A program made the translations under genes and the position numbers. A stretch of DNA of 64,000 bases from Actinomycetota bacterium (lineage in GTDB: Bacteria; Actinomycetota; Actinomycetes; S36-B12; UBA5976): the NCBI GenBank assembly GCA_947452765.1, contig CANGDR010000006.1, positions 1,184 through 65,183 on the forward strand, in the 5' to 3' direction. The notes beneath the pieces are model-generated. The model was not told the DNA's origin and made no database searches. It saw only the letters and a list, made by a program, of their open reading frames with translations. Numbering within the stretch: position 1 is the first letter of the stretch; each line of letters starts with the position of its first letter. Of the stretch, positions 26,170 to 37,342 are shown in pieces.

Positions 26170-27516
26170 ATGTCGAACGCCAATTTCCTTGATCCAGCAA
26201 TCTGGCCAGCATCAGCCACAAGATCTCACAGTGGCGAAATTGTTGTTGGCGGAGTATCGGTAAGTGAACTGGCTAAAAAATATGGGACGCCACTTTTTGT
26301 ATTCGATGAAGCAGATGTTCGCGCTCGCGCTCGTGCTTATGTAGCTGCATTTACTGTTGATGACGTAGCTACTAAAGTTCACTACGCTGGCAAAGCTTTT
26401 ATCACCACTCGAATTGCGCAGTGGGTGCACGAAGAAGGCATGGGCATCGATGTGGCAAGTGTCGGTGAGCTGGAAGTTGCCTTGCGAGCTGGCATAGATC
26501 CGAACGATATAGTTATGCATGGTAACAACAAAAGTGTTTCTGACCTGACGCGCGCCGTTGAAGTTGGTGTCGGCCGGGTTGTCATAGACAGCCTGATAGA
26601 AATCGAGCGACTGAATGAAATCGCAGCTAAAGCGGGAATAGTTCAGCAAGTATTTGTCCGCTTAACTGTTGGAGTTGAAGCGCATACCCATGAAGCGATA
26701 TCAACGGCACATGAAGATCAAAAATTTGGTCTGTCTATTGCCTCGGGTATGGCCATGGCAGCCGTAGACAATATTTTGGAATGTGATTCGCTGTCACTTG
26801 CAGGCCTACATTCACATATTGGTTCTCAAATCTTTGATGCATCTGGATTCGAAATAGCAACTCATCGCGTGATCGAGTTTGCGGTACAAATTCGCGACCG
26901 ACACGATTTCACAGTTAGTGAATTAGATGTCGGAGGCGGTATGGGAATTGCCTATGTCGACGGTGACGATCCGCTCGAAGTTAGCCACATGGGCAAAGCA
27001 ATTTTGGATATTGTTCGATCTGAGTGCGCTCGCGTACACATGCCAGTCCCAATCATCAGCGTTGAGCCAGGAAGAGCCATCATCGGAAATCCAGGGATAA
27101 CGATTTACGAAGTAGGAACTGTTAAGCCGGTTGAGCTAGATGATTCGAAAGTTCGCCACTATATCTCGGTAGACGGAGGAATGAGTGACAATATTCGCAC
27201 TGCGCTTTACAACGCCGAGTACACCGTGACTGTGGCAAACCGAAGCGTAGGTGAAGTTACTGCAGCATCGCGAGTAGTAGGTAAACATTGCGAAAGCGGT
27301 GACATCGTAGTTCGAGATGCCCAGCTACCGACAGATATTCGCCCTGGAGATTTACTTGCAGTCGCTGCCACCGGAGCCTATTGTCGCTCGATGGCAAGTA
27401 ATTACAATCACTTGCCTAGACCGGCTGTTGTCTCGGTCAAGAGCGGGAAATCTCAAGTATTACTACGTCGAGAAACGATTGACGATTTACTTTCGCTTGA
27501 CGCTGGTATTAGCTAG
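26170..27516 (+). CDS. lysA: Diaminopimelate decarboxylase
   Basis: YAGKAF, HSHIGSQ, EPGRAI, HCESGD, GAYC.SMASNYN. Confidence 0.96.
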   Translation: MSNANFLDPAIWPASATRSHSGEIVVGGVSVSELAKKYGTPLFVFDEADVRARARAYVAAFTVDDVATKVHYAGKAFITTRIAQWVHEEGMGIDVASVGELEVALRAGIDPNDIVMHGNNKSVSDLTRAVEVGVGRVVIDSLIEIERLNEIAAKAGIVQQVFVRLTVGVEAHTHEAISTAHEDQKFGLSIASGMAMAAVDNILECDSLSLAGLHSHIGSQIFDASGFEIATHRVIEFAVQIRDRHDFTVSELDVGGGMGIAYVDGDDPLEVSHMGKAILDIVRSECARVHMPVPIISVEPGRAIIGNPGITIYEVGTVKPVELDDSKVRHYISVDGGMSDNIRTALYNAEYTVTVANRSVGEVTAASRVVGKHCESGDIVVRDAQLPTDIRPGDLLAVAATGAYCRSMASNYNHLPRPAVVSVKSGKSQVLLRRETIDDLLSLDAGIS

Positions 27517-28558
27517 TTGCTTTTTCGCGCGCGATCGATCCAGCAAGCAAACGGTTAAATTCAAATACCGCAGTAACAACCATAATGGCCGCACCTACAA
27601 ACAAAAGTCCACGCAAAGCTTGTTGAGTATGGATCGCAAAGAGCGCTCCGAGAACTAGAAGTATTCCCGCACGCAATAACGAAATCCATTTGTTTGCTGG
27701 CCGTGACCAGACTCGCTTCCATTCGCGAGCAATTAATGTTGGTACATCAATATCCGGTAGTACCCCACCTAGCAAGGTGTAAGACAGGCCGCCGGCAAGG
27801 ATCAAGATAGCGGCTGGAATCCAGAATGCACCTTCGAATTCATTCCAAGAGGCAATTAAGTAGGTTCCTAACTTAGGATCACGGCCAAAGAAGTTCACTG
27901 CGATCCAAGCCACAGCACTGATTCCTGCCAAGATGCCTCCGGAAATTATTACTGACTTTGCGACCCGCTGAGCCCCTTGGCGCCAAAACGGAGCAAGCAG
28001 AATGGAAAGCAGGAATAAAACTGCTGCTGCAATTGGCAGTGCAGTTGACAGAGTGTCTGAAATCTTTAACACAGTTTGCAAAGTCTTAATCGTAGAAAGC
28101 AAACTTCCTGCTGGTGGTTCAAGAGTGAGCTGATCTATTGGAGCAATTCCAAGCTGAGGTGCAAATTTATTTATTGTTTCAATTGCGGCATTTGCAGTAT
28201 CCGTAAATTCAAGTTTTAGTTGCTGTCCGGTTAAGAATGCATCTTTGAGCTTTAGGGCAGCGCCACGAATTGGCTTGGAAAGGGCATTACTATCCAAGAT
28301 TTTGGCCGCAGCATTTTCAATGACCGGGCGAAATGCCGCAGCATTTGGTGCCTTCGTGATTAACGTATCTGCGAATTGGACACTTAATTTGTCGATAACT
28401 GCAGGATCATGCCGAATCGACTCGATGTGATCGGCTAACCGAGGTCCGTTGAGCAGGTTGTTATTGACAATTCCCGCTAAAGCGCCAATTGTCAGGCTTA
28501 ATGTACCTAAGACAATTAAGGCTTTTGCCGTAATGCGTGCAAATTTAGATTGCTTCAT
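27509..28558 (-). CDS. Hypothetical multi-pass membrane protein
   Basis: 349-aa ORF with N-terminal TM, a soluble domain and ~5 further TMs; no family recognised. Confidence 0.7.
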   Translation of the reverse strand: MKQSKFARITAKALIVLGTLSLTIGALAGIVNNNLLNGPRLADHIESIRHDPAVIDKLSVQFADTLITKAPNAAAFRPVIENAAAKILDSNALSKPIRGAALKLKDAFLTGQQLKLEFTDTANAAIETINKFAPQLGIAPIDQLTLEPPAGSLLSTIKTLQTVLKISDTLSTALPIAAAVLFLLSILLAPFWRQGAQRVAKSVIISGGILAGISAVAWIAVNFFGRDPKLGTYLIASWNEFEGAFWIPAAILILAGGLSYTLLGGVLPDIDVPTLIAREWKRVWSRPANKWISLLRAGILLVLGALFAIHTQQALRGLLFVGAAIMVVTAVFEFNRLLAGSIAREKATS

Positions 28559-28703
28559 ATTGACCCCGTTTGTTATTAAATCTTGCGATTAGTCTACGGG
28601 CGGGCGTGGCAACGGCGGCGGTTTTGGCTTGTTTCTAGGGTTTCTGCCAGAATTGGAACACAGTTGCATGCAATTTCGAGCACTGTATTAATAAGGAGAA
28701 GAA

Positions 28704-29993
28704 ATGGGCGCCCCGCTAACCGTAGTAATTCTCGGCGGTGGAACAGTTGGTGCTGCAGTTGCTCACCTTATTACTGAAAGTGCCGAAGATTTGACGGCTC
28801 GCGTAGGTCGCGAATTGAAGTTAACCGGCGTTGCGGTACGGGATGCTTCTAAGGTCCGTGCTGGGGTGGATCCAAGTTTGATCACAACGGATGCCGCAGC
28901 CTTGGCTGCATCTGGCGCAGATATCGTCATTGAAGTTATTGGTGGAATCGAGCCTGCCAAATCGCTGATCGAATCTGCATTCGCACATGGCTCATCTGTA
29001 GTTACCGCAAATAAGGCATTACTGGCGGCACATGGCGCACACTTACACAAACTTGCCGAAGAAGCTGGTGTCGATCTTTACTACGAAGCCGCAGTAGCTG
29101 GAGCTATCCCATTGCTTAGGCCATTACGTGAGTCGCTTGCCGGAGACAAAGTCACAAAAGTTCTTGGCATCGTAAACGGCACCACAAACTTTATTTTGAG
29201 CAAGATGTATGACCAAGGCGCAGACTACTCGGAAGTATTAAAAGAGGCGCAAGACTTAGGCTATGCCGAATCAGATCCAACTGCTGATGTCGAAGGATTT
29301 GATAGTGCCGCGAAGGCCGCAATTCTTGCGGGACTGGCTTTCCATACCAACGTCACAGCTGACGATGTTTACCGTGAAGGTATGACCAACGTAACGGCTG
29401 AAGATATCGTGGCCGCAAAGTCATTGGGCTACGTCATCAAATTATTAGCAATCTCGGAATTAACTGAAGATGACAAGGGCGTAATAGTGCGGGTACATCC
29501 AGCCATGATTCCGCTTAGCCATCCATTGGCATCTGTCCGCGATGCATTCAATGCTGTCTTTGTTGAAGCTGACGCTGCGGGACAGGTTATGTTCTACGGT
29601 CGTGGCGCTGGTGGCGCTCCTACGGCAAGTTCAGTTGTCGGCGATGTAGTTGCAGCTGCAAGGCACCGAGTAACTGGAACCGTAGGACCGGCGCAAAGTA
29701 TTTATGCAGACTTGGAAGTTCGTGCTATCGGAGATGCTAAGACTGCCTATTACATAAACCTTAGAGTGGCCGACGAATCGGGTGTATTGGCAGCAATTGC
29801 TAATGAATTTGCAAAGCACGATGTTTCGATTCAAGCGGTCCGCCAAGATGGCGAAGGTGATTTAGCACGCTTAATGATTCGGACTCATATCGCACCAGAT
29901 CGTCGACTTCAGGCAACCGTTGAAGCTCTGAAAAACATGTCAGCTGTCCGTAACGTAATTGGCGTGATGCGCGTTGAGGGTATTGGCGCATAA
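28704..29993 (+). CDS. hom: Homoserine dehydrogenase
   Basis: [34 protein letters not shown]-terminal ACT domain. Confidence 0.96.
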   Translation: MGAPLTVVILGGGTVGAAVAHLITESAEDLTARVGRELKLTGVAVRDASKVRAGVDPSLITTDAAALAASGADIVIEVIGGIEPAKSLIESAFAHGSSVVTANKALLAAHGAHLHKLAEEAGVDLYYEAAVAGAIPLLRPLRESLAGDKVTKVLGIVNGTTNFILSKMYDQGADYSEVLKEAQDLGYAESDPTADVEGFDSAAKAAILAGLAFHTNVTADDVYREGMTNVTAEDIVAAKSLGYVIKLLAISELTEDDKGVIVRVHPAMIPLSHPLASVRDAFNAVFVEADAAGQVMFYGRGAGGAPTASSVVGDVVAAARHRVTGTVGPAQSIYADLEVRAIGDAKTAYYINLRVADESGVLAAIANEFAKHDVSIQAVRQDGEGDLARLMIRTHIAPDRRLQATVEALKNMSAVRNVIGVMRVEGIGA

Positions 29994-29995
29994 AT

Positions 29996-31054
29996 ATGGC
30001 TCAGCAGTGGCGCGGGGTAATTGAAGAATATCGTGATCGGTTACCTGTCGGGCCAAACGATGTAATTGTCACTTTAGGTGAGGGTGGAACTCCGCTTGTT
30101 TACGCCTGCACCTTATCTGAGCGAACTGGCGCAAAGGTTTACCTAAAAGTCGAAGGAATGAACCCGACTGGATCCTTCAAAGATCGCGGTATGACTATGG
30201 CAATTACCGATGCTGCCCGGCAGGGGGCAAAAGCCGTTGTTTGTGCATCCACTGGAAACACAAGTGCCTCAGCTGCGGCCTATGCCACCAAAGCTGGAAT
30301 GCGAAGTGCGGTACTCGTACCACAAGGAAAAATAGCCATGGGCAAATTAGCCCAGGCCGTTATTCATGGTGCAACGATTTTGCAAGTTGATGGCAACTTC
30401 GATGATTGCTTGGACATTGCGCGCGCTCTTGCAGAAAATTACCCAATTGCATTGGTTAATTCGGTTAACCCAACTCGCTTACAGGGCCAAAAGACTGCAG
30501 CATTCGAAATTGTCGACGCCCTAGGTGATGCGCCTGACATTCACTGCTTACCCGTAGGTAACGCTGGAAATATCAGTGCGTACTGGATGGGATATAGCGA
30601 GTACTACATAGACAAAGTTGCCACCCAACGTCCAGTCATGTGGGGATTCCAAGCTGCGGGTGCAGCGCCATTTGTTGCCGGTCACCCCATCGAAAAACCC
30701 GAAACCATTGCTACTGCCATTCGAATTGGCAAACCCGCCTCATGGGATTTAGCAATTGCAGCTCGCGATGATTCTGGTGGCTTAATTGACGCTGTAACTG
30801 ATGCACAAATTTTGGATGCCTACCGACTGCTCGCAAGCAGCGAGGGAATTTTCGTAGAGCCATCTAGCGCAGCTTCGGTTGCTGGTTTACTGCAACAGGC
30901 AGAACGCGGGTTGGTTGATTCGGGATCAACGATCGTTTGCACTGTAACCGGAAATGGTTTGAAAGATACTCAATGGGCGCTAGAAAGCGCCAAAGATCCC
31001 GTTGTCGTTCCAGTTGATGTTAAAGCTGCCGCTGCTGCGATCGGACTTGTCTAA
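29996..31054 (+). CDS. thrC: Threonine synthase
   Basis: [32 protein letters not shown]. Confidence 0.96.
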   Translation: MAQQWRGVIEEYRDRLPVGPNDVIVTLGEGGTPLVYACTLSERTGAKVYLKVEGMNPTGSFKDRGMTMAITDAARQGAKAVVCASTGNTSASAAAYATKAGMRSAVLVPQGKIAMGKLAQAVIHGATILQVDGNFDDCLDIARALAENYPIALVNSVNPTRLQGQKTAAFEIVDALGDAPDIHCLPVGNAGNISAYWMGYSEYYIDKVATQRPVMWGFQAAGAAPFVAGHPIEKPETIATAIRIGKPASWDLAIAARDDSGGLIDAVTDAQILDAYRLLASSEGIFVEPSSAASVAGLLQQAERGLVDSGSTIVCTVTGNGLKDTQWALESAKDPVVVPVDVKAAAAAIGLV

Positions 31055-31965
31055 TGTCTCGAACCGTTTCAGTTTCCGTACCAGCGACTAGTGCCAACCT
31101 GGGACCTGGCTATGACGCACTTGGCTTAGCGCTAGAAATTCGAGATTTTGTATCTGCGACCATAACTGACGACAACTTAGTAACAGTCGAAATAACTGGG
31201 CAAGGCGCAGACACATTGCCAAAAGATGGAACTCACCTAGTAGCAAAAACCATTATTGATGCATGCAAAACTTTTGGTACTGAAATCACCGGACTTCATG
31301 TAGTTTGCAAAAATGCAATTCCGCAAGGTCGTGGACTTGGATCAAGTGCAGCTGCAATTGTGGCTGGGCTAGTACTCGCTAGTGAATTGACGTATGCGCG
31401 CGCGAGTGAAGATGAACTTCTCCAAATGGCGAATGCGATTGAAGGACACCCTGATAACGTAGCTGCCTGCCTTCTTGGGGCGATGACGATTGCGTGGCTT
31501 GAGGTAGATGGGCGCGCGAATTCGGTATCTATGAATGTTCATCCAGACATCGTTCCAGTACTGGGTATCCCGCAAACCGAACTTGATACTCATAAAGCGC
31601 GTGGTTTGATACCTGCGGAAATATCGCATATTGATGCGACGTTTAACGCGGGTCGTTCGGCACTTCTGGTTGCCGCAATGATTGGTGATCCTAATTTTCT
31701 GCTTGAAGCTACGGATGATCGTTTGCATCAACCGTTCCGAGCCAGCGCTTACCAATCGTCTATGGACTTGATTGGCTCGCTACGAGAACTGGGGATTGCG
31801 GCTTGTATCAGTGGCGCTGGACCTACGGTTTTAGCGCTCACTACTTCAGACCAGACCCAGAAAGCCATTGAAATCATGGCATCCGGCGGATTCTCAGCAG
31901 TTCCAGTAGCGGTTGCTGACGAAGGCGCCATTTACGATAACAACGAGAAAGTCGAAGAAGACTAG
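31054..31965 (+). CDS. thrB: Homoserine kinase
   Basis: VPATSANLGPGYD, PQGRGLGSSAA, EGHPDN, SGAGPT. Confidence 0.96.
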   Translation: MSRTVSVSVPATSANLGPGYDALGLALEIRDFVSATITDDNLVTVEITGQGADTLPKDGTHLVAKTIIDACKTFGTEITGLHVVCKNAIPQGRGLGSSAAAIVAGLVLASELTYARASEDELLQMANAIEGHPDNVAACLLGAMTIAWLEVDGRANSVSMNVHPDIVPVLGIPQTELDTHKARGLIPAEISHIDATFNAGRSALLVAAMIGDPNFLLEATDDRLHQPFRASAYQSSMDLIGSLRELGIAACISGAGPTVLALTTSDQTQKAIEIMASGGFSAVPVAVADEGAIYDNNEKVEED

Positions 31966-32124
31966 GAAAATTCCCACTCACGCCCAGAATTTCGCATCAA
32001 GTGAGATCACCTGCTAGTCTTTATTTATCGGTTGGATCTCTTCCACCGAAAATCCCGCTAAATCTCACGAACTTTCGTGCAGTCGTGCTGGATCAAAATC
32101 CACTAAAACATAAAGGACACATAC

Positions 32125-33732
32125 GTGACCGAGACAGTAGCCCAAGATAAAGGGCTTAACGCAAAACTGCTTCCAGAATTAAAGGCAATGGCAACCAAGC
32201 TAGGCATCGATGGTGCTTCTGGCATGCGTAAGGCAGACCTCGTTAAAGCGATTGGTGCCTCACAGGGTGGTGGCAATTCGAGCCGCTCAGCATCTCGACC
32301 AGCAGGTGCTGCCAATTCAGAATCCTCCGATGAAAGACCAGCTCGCGAAGATCGTGCACCACGTAACAACGGTGGCGATAGCGAAGGTGGCGAACGCGAA
32401 AGTCGTGATAACGACCGAGGTGATCGTGGTGAACGAGGCGACCGTAATGATCGCAATAACCGTAATCGCCGTGGCCGTGACCGTAATGATCGCAATAGCA
32501 ATGGTCGCAACAATCGTGGTAGCCGTGGCGGCGATCGTGATTATGATTTAGAAGTTTCTGAAGATGACGTGCTACTTCCAGTTGCTGGAATTATCGACAT
32601 CCTTGATAACTATGCCTTCGTTCGTACGTCTGGCTACTTGCCAGGTCCAAATGATGTTTATGTTTCCATGGGTCTTGTTAAGCGCTTCTCACTTCGCAAG
32701 GGCGATGCAGTTACTGGTCAGGTTAAGCAGCCACGTGAAGGCGATCGTCCGCAGAAGTTCAATCCACTAGTTCGAATTGAATCGATTAACGGTCTAGAGC
32801 CAGACGAAGCAATTAAGCGTGTTGATTTTGGCAAGCTAACGCCGCTTTACCCACAAGACCGGTTACGTCTGGAAACCGTGCCAAACAACTTAGTTACTCG
32901 CGTAATCGACTTGGTTGCACCAATTGGTAAGGGTCAGCGTGGGCTAATCGTCTCGCCACCTAAGGCTGGTAAGACGATGATCTTGCAGAACATTGCAAAT
33001 GCGATTGCAGAAAATAACCCAGAAGTTCACTTGATGGTTGTGCTTGTTGATGAGCGCCCTGAAGAAGTTACTGATATGCAGCGTTCGGTTAAGGGTGAAG
33101 TTATTGCTTCCACTTTCGATCGTCCAGCAGAGGATCACACCACAATCGCTGAACTCGCAATTGAGCGCGCAAAGCGTCTGGTTGAAATGGGTCACGATGT
33201 AGTGGTACTGCTTGATTCGATGACTCGTCTCGGCCGTGCTTACAATCTTTCAGCTCCAGCGTCCGGTCGTATTCTTTCTGGTGGTGTTGATTCAGCTGCA
33301 CTTTATCCACCCAAGAAGTTCTTTGGTGCCGCACGCAACATCGAAGAAGGTGGCTCGCTAACGATCTTGGCAACGGCACTTGTTGATACTGGCTCCCGAA
33401 TGGATGAAGTTATCTTCGAAGAATTCAAGGGCACTGGAAATATGGAACTCAAGTTGGATCGTCGCTTAGCCGATCGACGTATTTTCCCTGCAGTCGACGT
33501 CGAAGCCTCAGGTACCCGTCGCGAAGAAATTCTTTTGGCTCCAGATGAGCTAAAGGTAATTTGGAAACTTCGTCGGGTGCTTCACGCCCTTGATTCCCAG
33601 CAAGCTCTTGAACTGTTGTTAACCAAGCTTCGTGAGACTAAGAGCAATCTTGATTTCTTGATGCAGGTTCAGAAGACCACGCCTGAAGCTCCAAATGGCA
33701 TGGGATCTGACTCCATGGACAGTATTGATTAA
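32125..33732 (+). CDS. rho: Transcription termination factor Rho with actinobacterial R/D/N/G-rich N-terminal insertion
   Basis: [40 protein letters not shown]. Confidence 0.97.
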   Translation: MTETVAQDKGLNAKLLPELKAMATKLGIDGASGMRKADLVKAIGASQGGGNSSRSASRPAGAANSESSDERPAREDRAPRNNGGDSEGGERESRDNDRGDRGERGDRNDRNNRNRRGRDRNDRNSNGRNNRGSRGGDRDYDLEVSEDDVLLPVAGIIDILDNYAFVRTSGYLPGPNDVYVSMGLVKRFSLRKGDAVTGQVKQPREGDRPQKFNPLVRIESINGLEPDEAIKRVDFGKLTPLYPQDRLRLETVPNNLVTRVIDLVAPIGKGQRGLIVSPPKAGKTMILQNIANAIAENNPEVHLMVVLVDERPEEVTDMQRSVKGEVIASTFDRPAEDHTTIAELAIERAKRLVEMGHDVVVLLDSMTRLGRAYNLSAPASGRILSGGVDSAALYPPKKFFGAARNIEEGGSLTILATALVDTGSRMDEVIFEEFKGTGNMELKLDRRLADRRIFPAVDVEASGTRREEILLAPDELKVIWKLRRVLHALDSQQALELLLTKLRETKSNLDFLMQVQKTTPEAPNGMGSDSMDSID

Positions 33733-33743
33733 TTAGTCATTAG

Positions 33744-33781
33744 AAAAAGGGCCGAACCTCAATTGAGGATTGGCCCTTTTT
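33744..33781. terminator. Intrinsic terminator after rho
   Basis: AAAAAGGGCC...GGCCCTTTTT. Confidence 0.85.
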
Positions 33782-33836
33782 CGTGTTACCAGAACGTTTT
33801 CACCGGATCAGGCATACTTGCCGTAAGAGGTGAGTT

Positions 33837-35579
33837 ATGAAATTAGATCGCGAGGCATTGCTGGGTCTCAACTGCCCGGATGGCAATGACTTGGTACGCC
33901 AAGGAATTGAATTTGGCTCGAATATTGAAGTTGGAGTAAGTGCTTTCAGTCGTTCTCACGGAGTTAAATCCGAACTTGAATATAAGTTAAAAATGGCGCG
34001 CGAAGGCCGAACGATGACGGCCCTAACTATTGGATTGACTGATTGGCCAGAAACTAAAAAGGGCCTGGAGCACATTTATCAAGTTACGCAAGATCGCGGA
34101 TTCTATATCGACCGATTCATTATTGCCCTTGATCGTCGAATGGGATTGCCACCTGAATTGCGTTCGGGAGCAATAAAAGAAACTGGACCAATGCTGACTT
34201 CAGATTCTGAATGGTTGGAGGTTGCGCAATCGATCGAGATCCAGCCACACATGGGCGACATGATGATTGGCTCACCCTCATCGCTAGACAACACACGTAG
34301 GGCCTTGGAGTCTGGCGTAAATTACATCGGTAACTTATCTCAATTCGCTTGGAAATATCCTGGCTGGCCTGGCGACGATGTAGCGCAAATGTCAGAGGTA
34401 GTTAAAGCACTGGGATTAATGGCGAGCAAAGCAGCGCAAGGTGCAGTCGTTCACTCGTACCTAGATGATGGCTTTCCTGCACAATTTGGTGACTACAGCT
34501 CCTATATTGGCTGGGCAAAATTTGAACGCTATCTAATCGAAGACTTGATTGGCGCAAAGCTAGGACACGCATACGGTGGTTTGACGCATGATCCAGTTAC
34601 CAAAACTGTGGTAACTATGGCAGTTGAAGCGTTGCGACCAAGCGATGTTTGTTCATCTTTCTATTTTGGAAATACTACGCGCTATACGCCAAATATTGAA
34701 CAAAACTATGGCGTGCTGGGTGTCGACGTTCTTTACATGATGTTGGCGGATAAACACTTGAAAGCAGGATCGTCAATCATGCCGGTACCGGTCACCGAAG
34801 CAATTCGGGTTCCAACCCCAGATGAGATTATTGATGTCCAAACTATTGCCCACAACACGAAAGCAAAGCTGAATTCCATTTACGAAGTCACAAATTGGAG
34901 TGAACTAGAGCAGCGAAGCCAACAACTTGTAGCAAATGGAAATAGATTCTTCGATAACTTACTCAACGGCCTTTCGGATTCTGGTGTGGATATTAACGAC
35001 CCACTGCAATTATTGGTTGCAGTCAGGCGCCTTGGCCCCAGCGGGATAGAACGAAACTTTGGAGTTGGCAATGCGACAGAGGATCCGTTGGTTGATGGTT
35101 ACGAACCACTTGTCCCGACCGATGTTTTAAAAGATTTCTTAACGGAACGAACCCAAATTCGAAGTGCGGTACGCCCCGAGAAATGGGTTTTGAATAAGGC
35201 TCATACCCCGATTGTTGCTTCCAGCGATGTTCATGAACTCGGCATGAGATTGGTAATTGATGCGGTCGAAAGCCTGGACATTAAGCCAGTAATTAGCCCA
35301 GTTGGAATCGATCCAGATGAATTGGCCGAGCTAGCGCTGCAAGAAGAGGCAACTTCAGTACTAATTTCAACACACAATGGCATGGCCCTAAGTTATGCCG
35401 AGAAACTTCTAGCTGAACTTAAGGCCCGCAACATTGCACCGCAAGTGATAATTGGGGGCCGGTTGAATCAAGAGATTGAAGGCGAAGGCATGCCAGTTGA
35501 TGTAACCAATCAACTTATTGCCCTAGGAATTGATGTCTGCGTTGATTTAAAGGACTTAGCAAGGATGCTAAGAAACTAA
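33837..35579 (+). CDS. Uncharacterised cobalamin-dependent enzyme (C-terminal B12-binding domain)
   Basis: D-x-H-x-x-G (SDVHELG), then ISTHNG and IIGGRL of the base-off B12 Rossmann domain; ~440-aa N-terminal domain unassigned; RBS GAGGTG. Confidence 0.75.
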   Translation: MKLDREALLGLNCPDGNDLVRQGIEFGSNIEVGVSAFSRSHGVKSELEYKLKMAREGRTMTALTIGLTDWPETKKGLEHIYQVTQDRGFYIDRFIIALDRRMGLPPELRSGAIKETGPMLTSDSEWLEVAQSIEIQPHMGDMMIGSPSSLDNTRRALESGVNYIGNLSQFAWKYPGWPGDDVAQMSEVVKALGLMASKAAQGAVVHSYLDDGFPAQFGDYSSYIGWAKFERYLIEDLIGAKLGHAYGGLTHDPVTKTVVTMAVEALRPSDVCSSFYFGNTTRYTPNIEQNYGVLGVDVLYMMLADKHLKAGSSIMPVPVTEAIRVPTPDEIIDVQTIAHNTKAKLNSIYEVTNWSELEQRSQQLVANGNRFFDNLLNGLSDSGVDINDPLQLLVAVRRLGPSGIERNFGVGNATEDPLVDGYEPLVPTDVLKDFLTERTQIRSAVRPEKWVLNKAHTPIVASSDVHELGMRLVIDAVESLDIKPVISPVGIDPDELAELALQEEATSVLISTHNGMALSYAEKLLAELKARNIAPQVIIGGRLNQEIEGEGMPVDVTNQLIALGIDVCVDLKDLARMLRN

Positions 35580-36859
35580 GACACTTTTATGGCGCTGAGA
35601 TCCAAAGCTTTGTATTTACCAGATTGCGTGTAGTCGCGGATGCGCTCGAAACCTTCGAATACTTCTAAATATGAAGTGGCTAGTGGCGAGATAGCCAGAC
35701 GGATGCAGTTCGGAGCACGGTAGTCCGGAATGACCTTCATGTCATCACGCAACCCGCGTGCTATCTGCGCCGCATCCGGATGGTAAATACTGATGTGCCC
35801 ACCACGAAGATTTGCTTCGCGTGGGGTTATAAGTTGATATCCAATTTCTACTAGCCATTGCTCATAAAGTTCAATCATCATGTCAGTACCTTTTGCGGCC
35901 TTTGCATTGATGGCTGCAATTGTTGCTTCTGCAATCATCCCAAAACCTTCATCGATGCAGAGTAAACCCATTATGGAAGGGCTAGCGATCTGGAAACCCC
36001 GCATTCCTTCGATCTGATCAAATTGCGATCCCATTAAGAATTGATTCCGTTGCGCAAACCAACCTTGAATCGGCAGTTGTAGTTCTGTTTGGATCTGCTT
36101 GCTCACATATAACCATGCAGGTGACCCTGGTCCAGAGTTTCCATATTTGTATGTGCAGCCAACCGCAAGATCTACGCCATCACGATCAAATTGCAAATCG
36201 ACTGCGCCAACGGCATGACTTGCATCCCAAACCATCAGAGCGCCCGCTGTGCGAACTAGGTCAGTGAGTTCCTTAACGTTATGTAGAGCTCCAGAACGAT
36301 AGGCAACAACTGAAAGCGTGACAACCGCAACATCAGCATTTAAGTACGGTTGCAATAACTCTGCAGTAACTCGTTCGTTGCTGAAATCTTCGCCCGCAAT
36401 ATGTTCTCTCAGATCATTTGGAATAATTACCAGATTTAGATCTAACTCGTCGGCAATACCTTGCATGATATATCGATCAGTCGGGAAGTTCGCTTCATCA
36501 GTAATGATGGTTCGTCGACCTGGTCGCGCCGAAATAGCGGCTCTAATCAAGCGATAAAAATTTACACTGGTGGTATCCATTGCGAGGGTTTGGCCACTCG
36601 CTGCGCCTAAAGCAGCTCGACCTATTAAGTCTCCAGTGGTCTCGGCTTTGTCGATCCACTCTGCCCAGCCATCGACCATCTTCGCGCCCCAACCTGTAAC
36701 CAAGAATTCATTGATGGTCTCGATTGTGGATTTTGGTAGGCGTCCTAAGGAATTGCCATCTAGGTAGCAAATGTCCGGATCCATAACCACGAAGCGATCC
36801 CGGAATTTTGCAAGGGGGTCGGTGACATCTAGGTTCTGGGCATCTTGGCGAGTGAACAT
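35576..36859 (-). CDS. kynU: Kynureninase
   Basis: YLDGNSLG, NFPTDRY, WDASHAVG, GCTYKYGNSGPG, GWF; start at ATG 36859 behind TACCCT. Confidence 0.9.
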   Translation of the reverse strand: MFTRQDAQNLDVTDPLAKFRDRFVVMDPDICYLDGNSLGRLPKSTIETINEFLVTGWGAKMVDGWAEWIDKAETTGDLIGRAALGAASGQTLAMDTTSVNFYRLIRAAISARPGRRTIITDEANFPTDRYIMQGIADELDLNLVIIPNDLREHIAGEDFSNERVTAELLQPYLNADVAVVTLSVVAYRSGALHNVKELTDLVRTAGALMVWDASHAVGAVDLQFDRDGVDLAVGCTYKYGNSGPGSPAWLYVSKQIQTELQLPIQGWFAQRNQFLMGSQFDQIEGMRGFQIASPSIMGLLCIDEGFGMIAEATIAAINAKAAKGTDMMIELYEQWLVEIGYQLITPREANLRGGHISIYHPDAAQIARGLRDDMKVIPDYRAPNCIRLAISPLATSYLEVFEGFERIRDYTQSGKYKALDLSAIKVS

Positions 36860-37030
36860 GGAAATAAGGGTATTGCTAGTGACGTTTCGACAGTTAGTTG
36901 ATGCTGCGCAACCCCAGTTTTCTGGACGTTTTGTGGGAATCCCTGAAAACTGGCACAATCAAGGGGTTGGTCGGTTCACGCAAGGCATCCGAGTCTGCGA
37001 CCCGATCACAGTATTTATAAGGAGAAATCC

Positions 37031-37240
37031 GTGCAGACTGGCATCCACCCAGAGTACGTAGAAACCGCAGTTACTTGTGGTTGCGGAAATACATTCACCA
37101 CACGCAGCACGCAGAAGAGCGGAAACATACATGCCGATGTGTGCAGCGCTTGCCACCCGTTCTACACGGGCAAGCAGAAGATTCTTGACACCGGTGGCCG
37201 CGTCGCCAAGTTCGAGAAGCGCTTCGGTAAGCAGTCCTAG
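37031..37240 (+). CDS. rpmE: 50S ribosomal protein L31 (Zn-binding type A)
   Basis: IHPEY...CGCGN...[12 protein letters not shown]...GRV.KF. Confidence 0.97.
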   Translation: MQTGIHPEYVETAVTCGCGNTFTTRSTQKSGNIHADVCSACHPFYTGKQKILDTGGRVAKFEKRFGKQS

Positions 37241-37247
37241 CTTTCTT

Positions 37248-37295
37248 AATGAGGTGTTGTCGTCGTCTACGGATGATGACAACGCCTCATTTTTT
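37248..37295 (+). terminator. Intrinsic terminator after rpmE
   Basis: AATGAGGTGTTGTCGTCGTC...GATGATGACAACGCCTCATT followed by a T-run. Confidence 0.8.
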
Positions 37296-37342
37296 ATCTC
37301 CAGATAATTTTTAATAGTGCACCACTACCTTAAGGACACCTG

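Noticed and set aside
32330-32545. Repetitive CGTAATGATCGC/GACCG sequence in rho
   Set aside because: Encodes the known low-complexity R/D/N/G insertion of actinobacterial Rho; not a CRISPR or DNA repeat element
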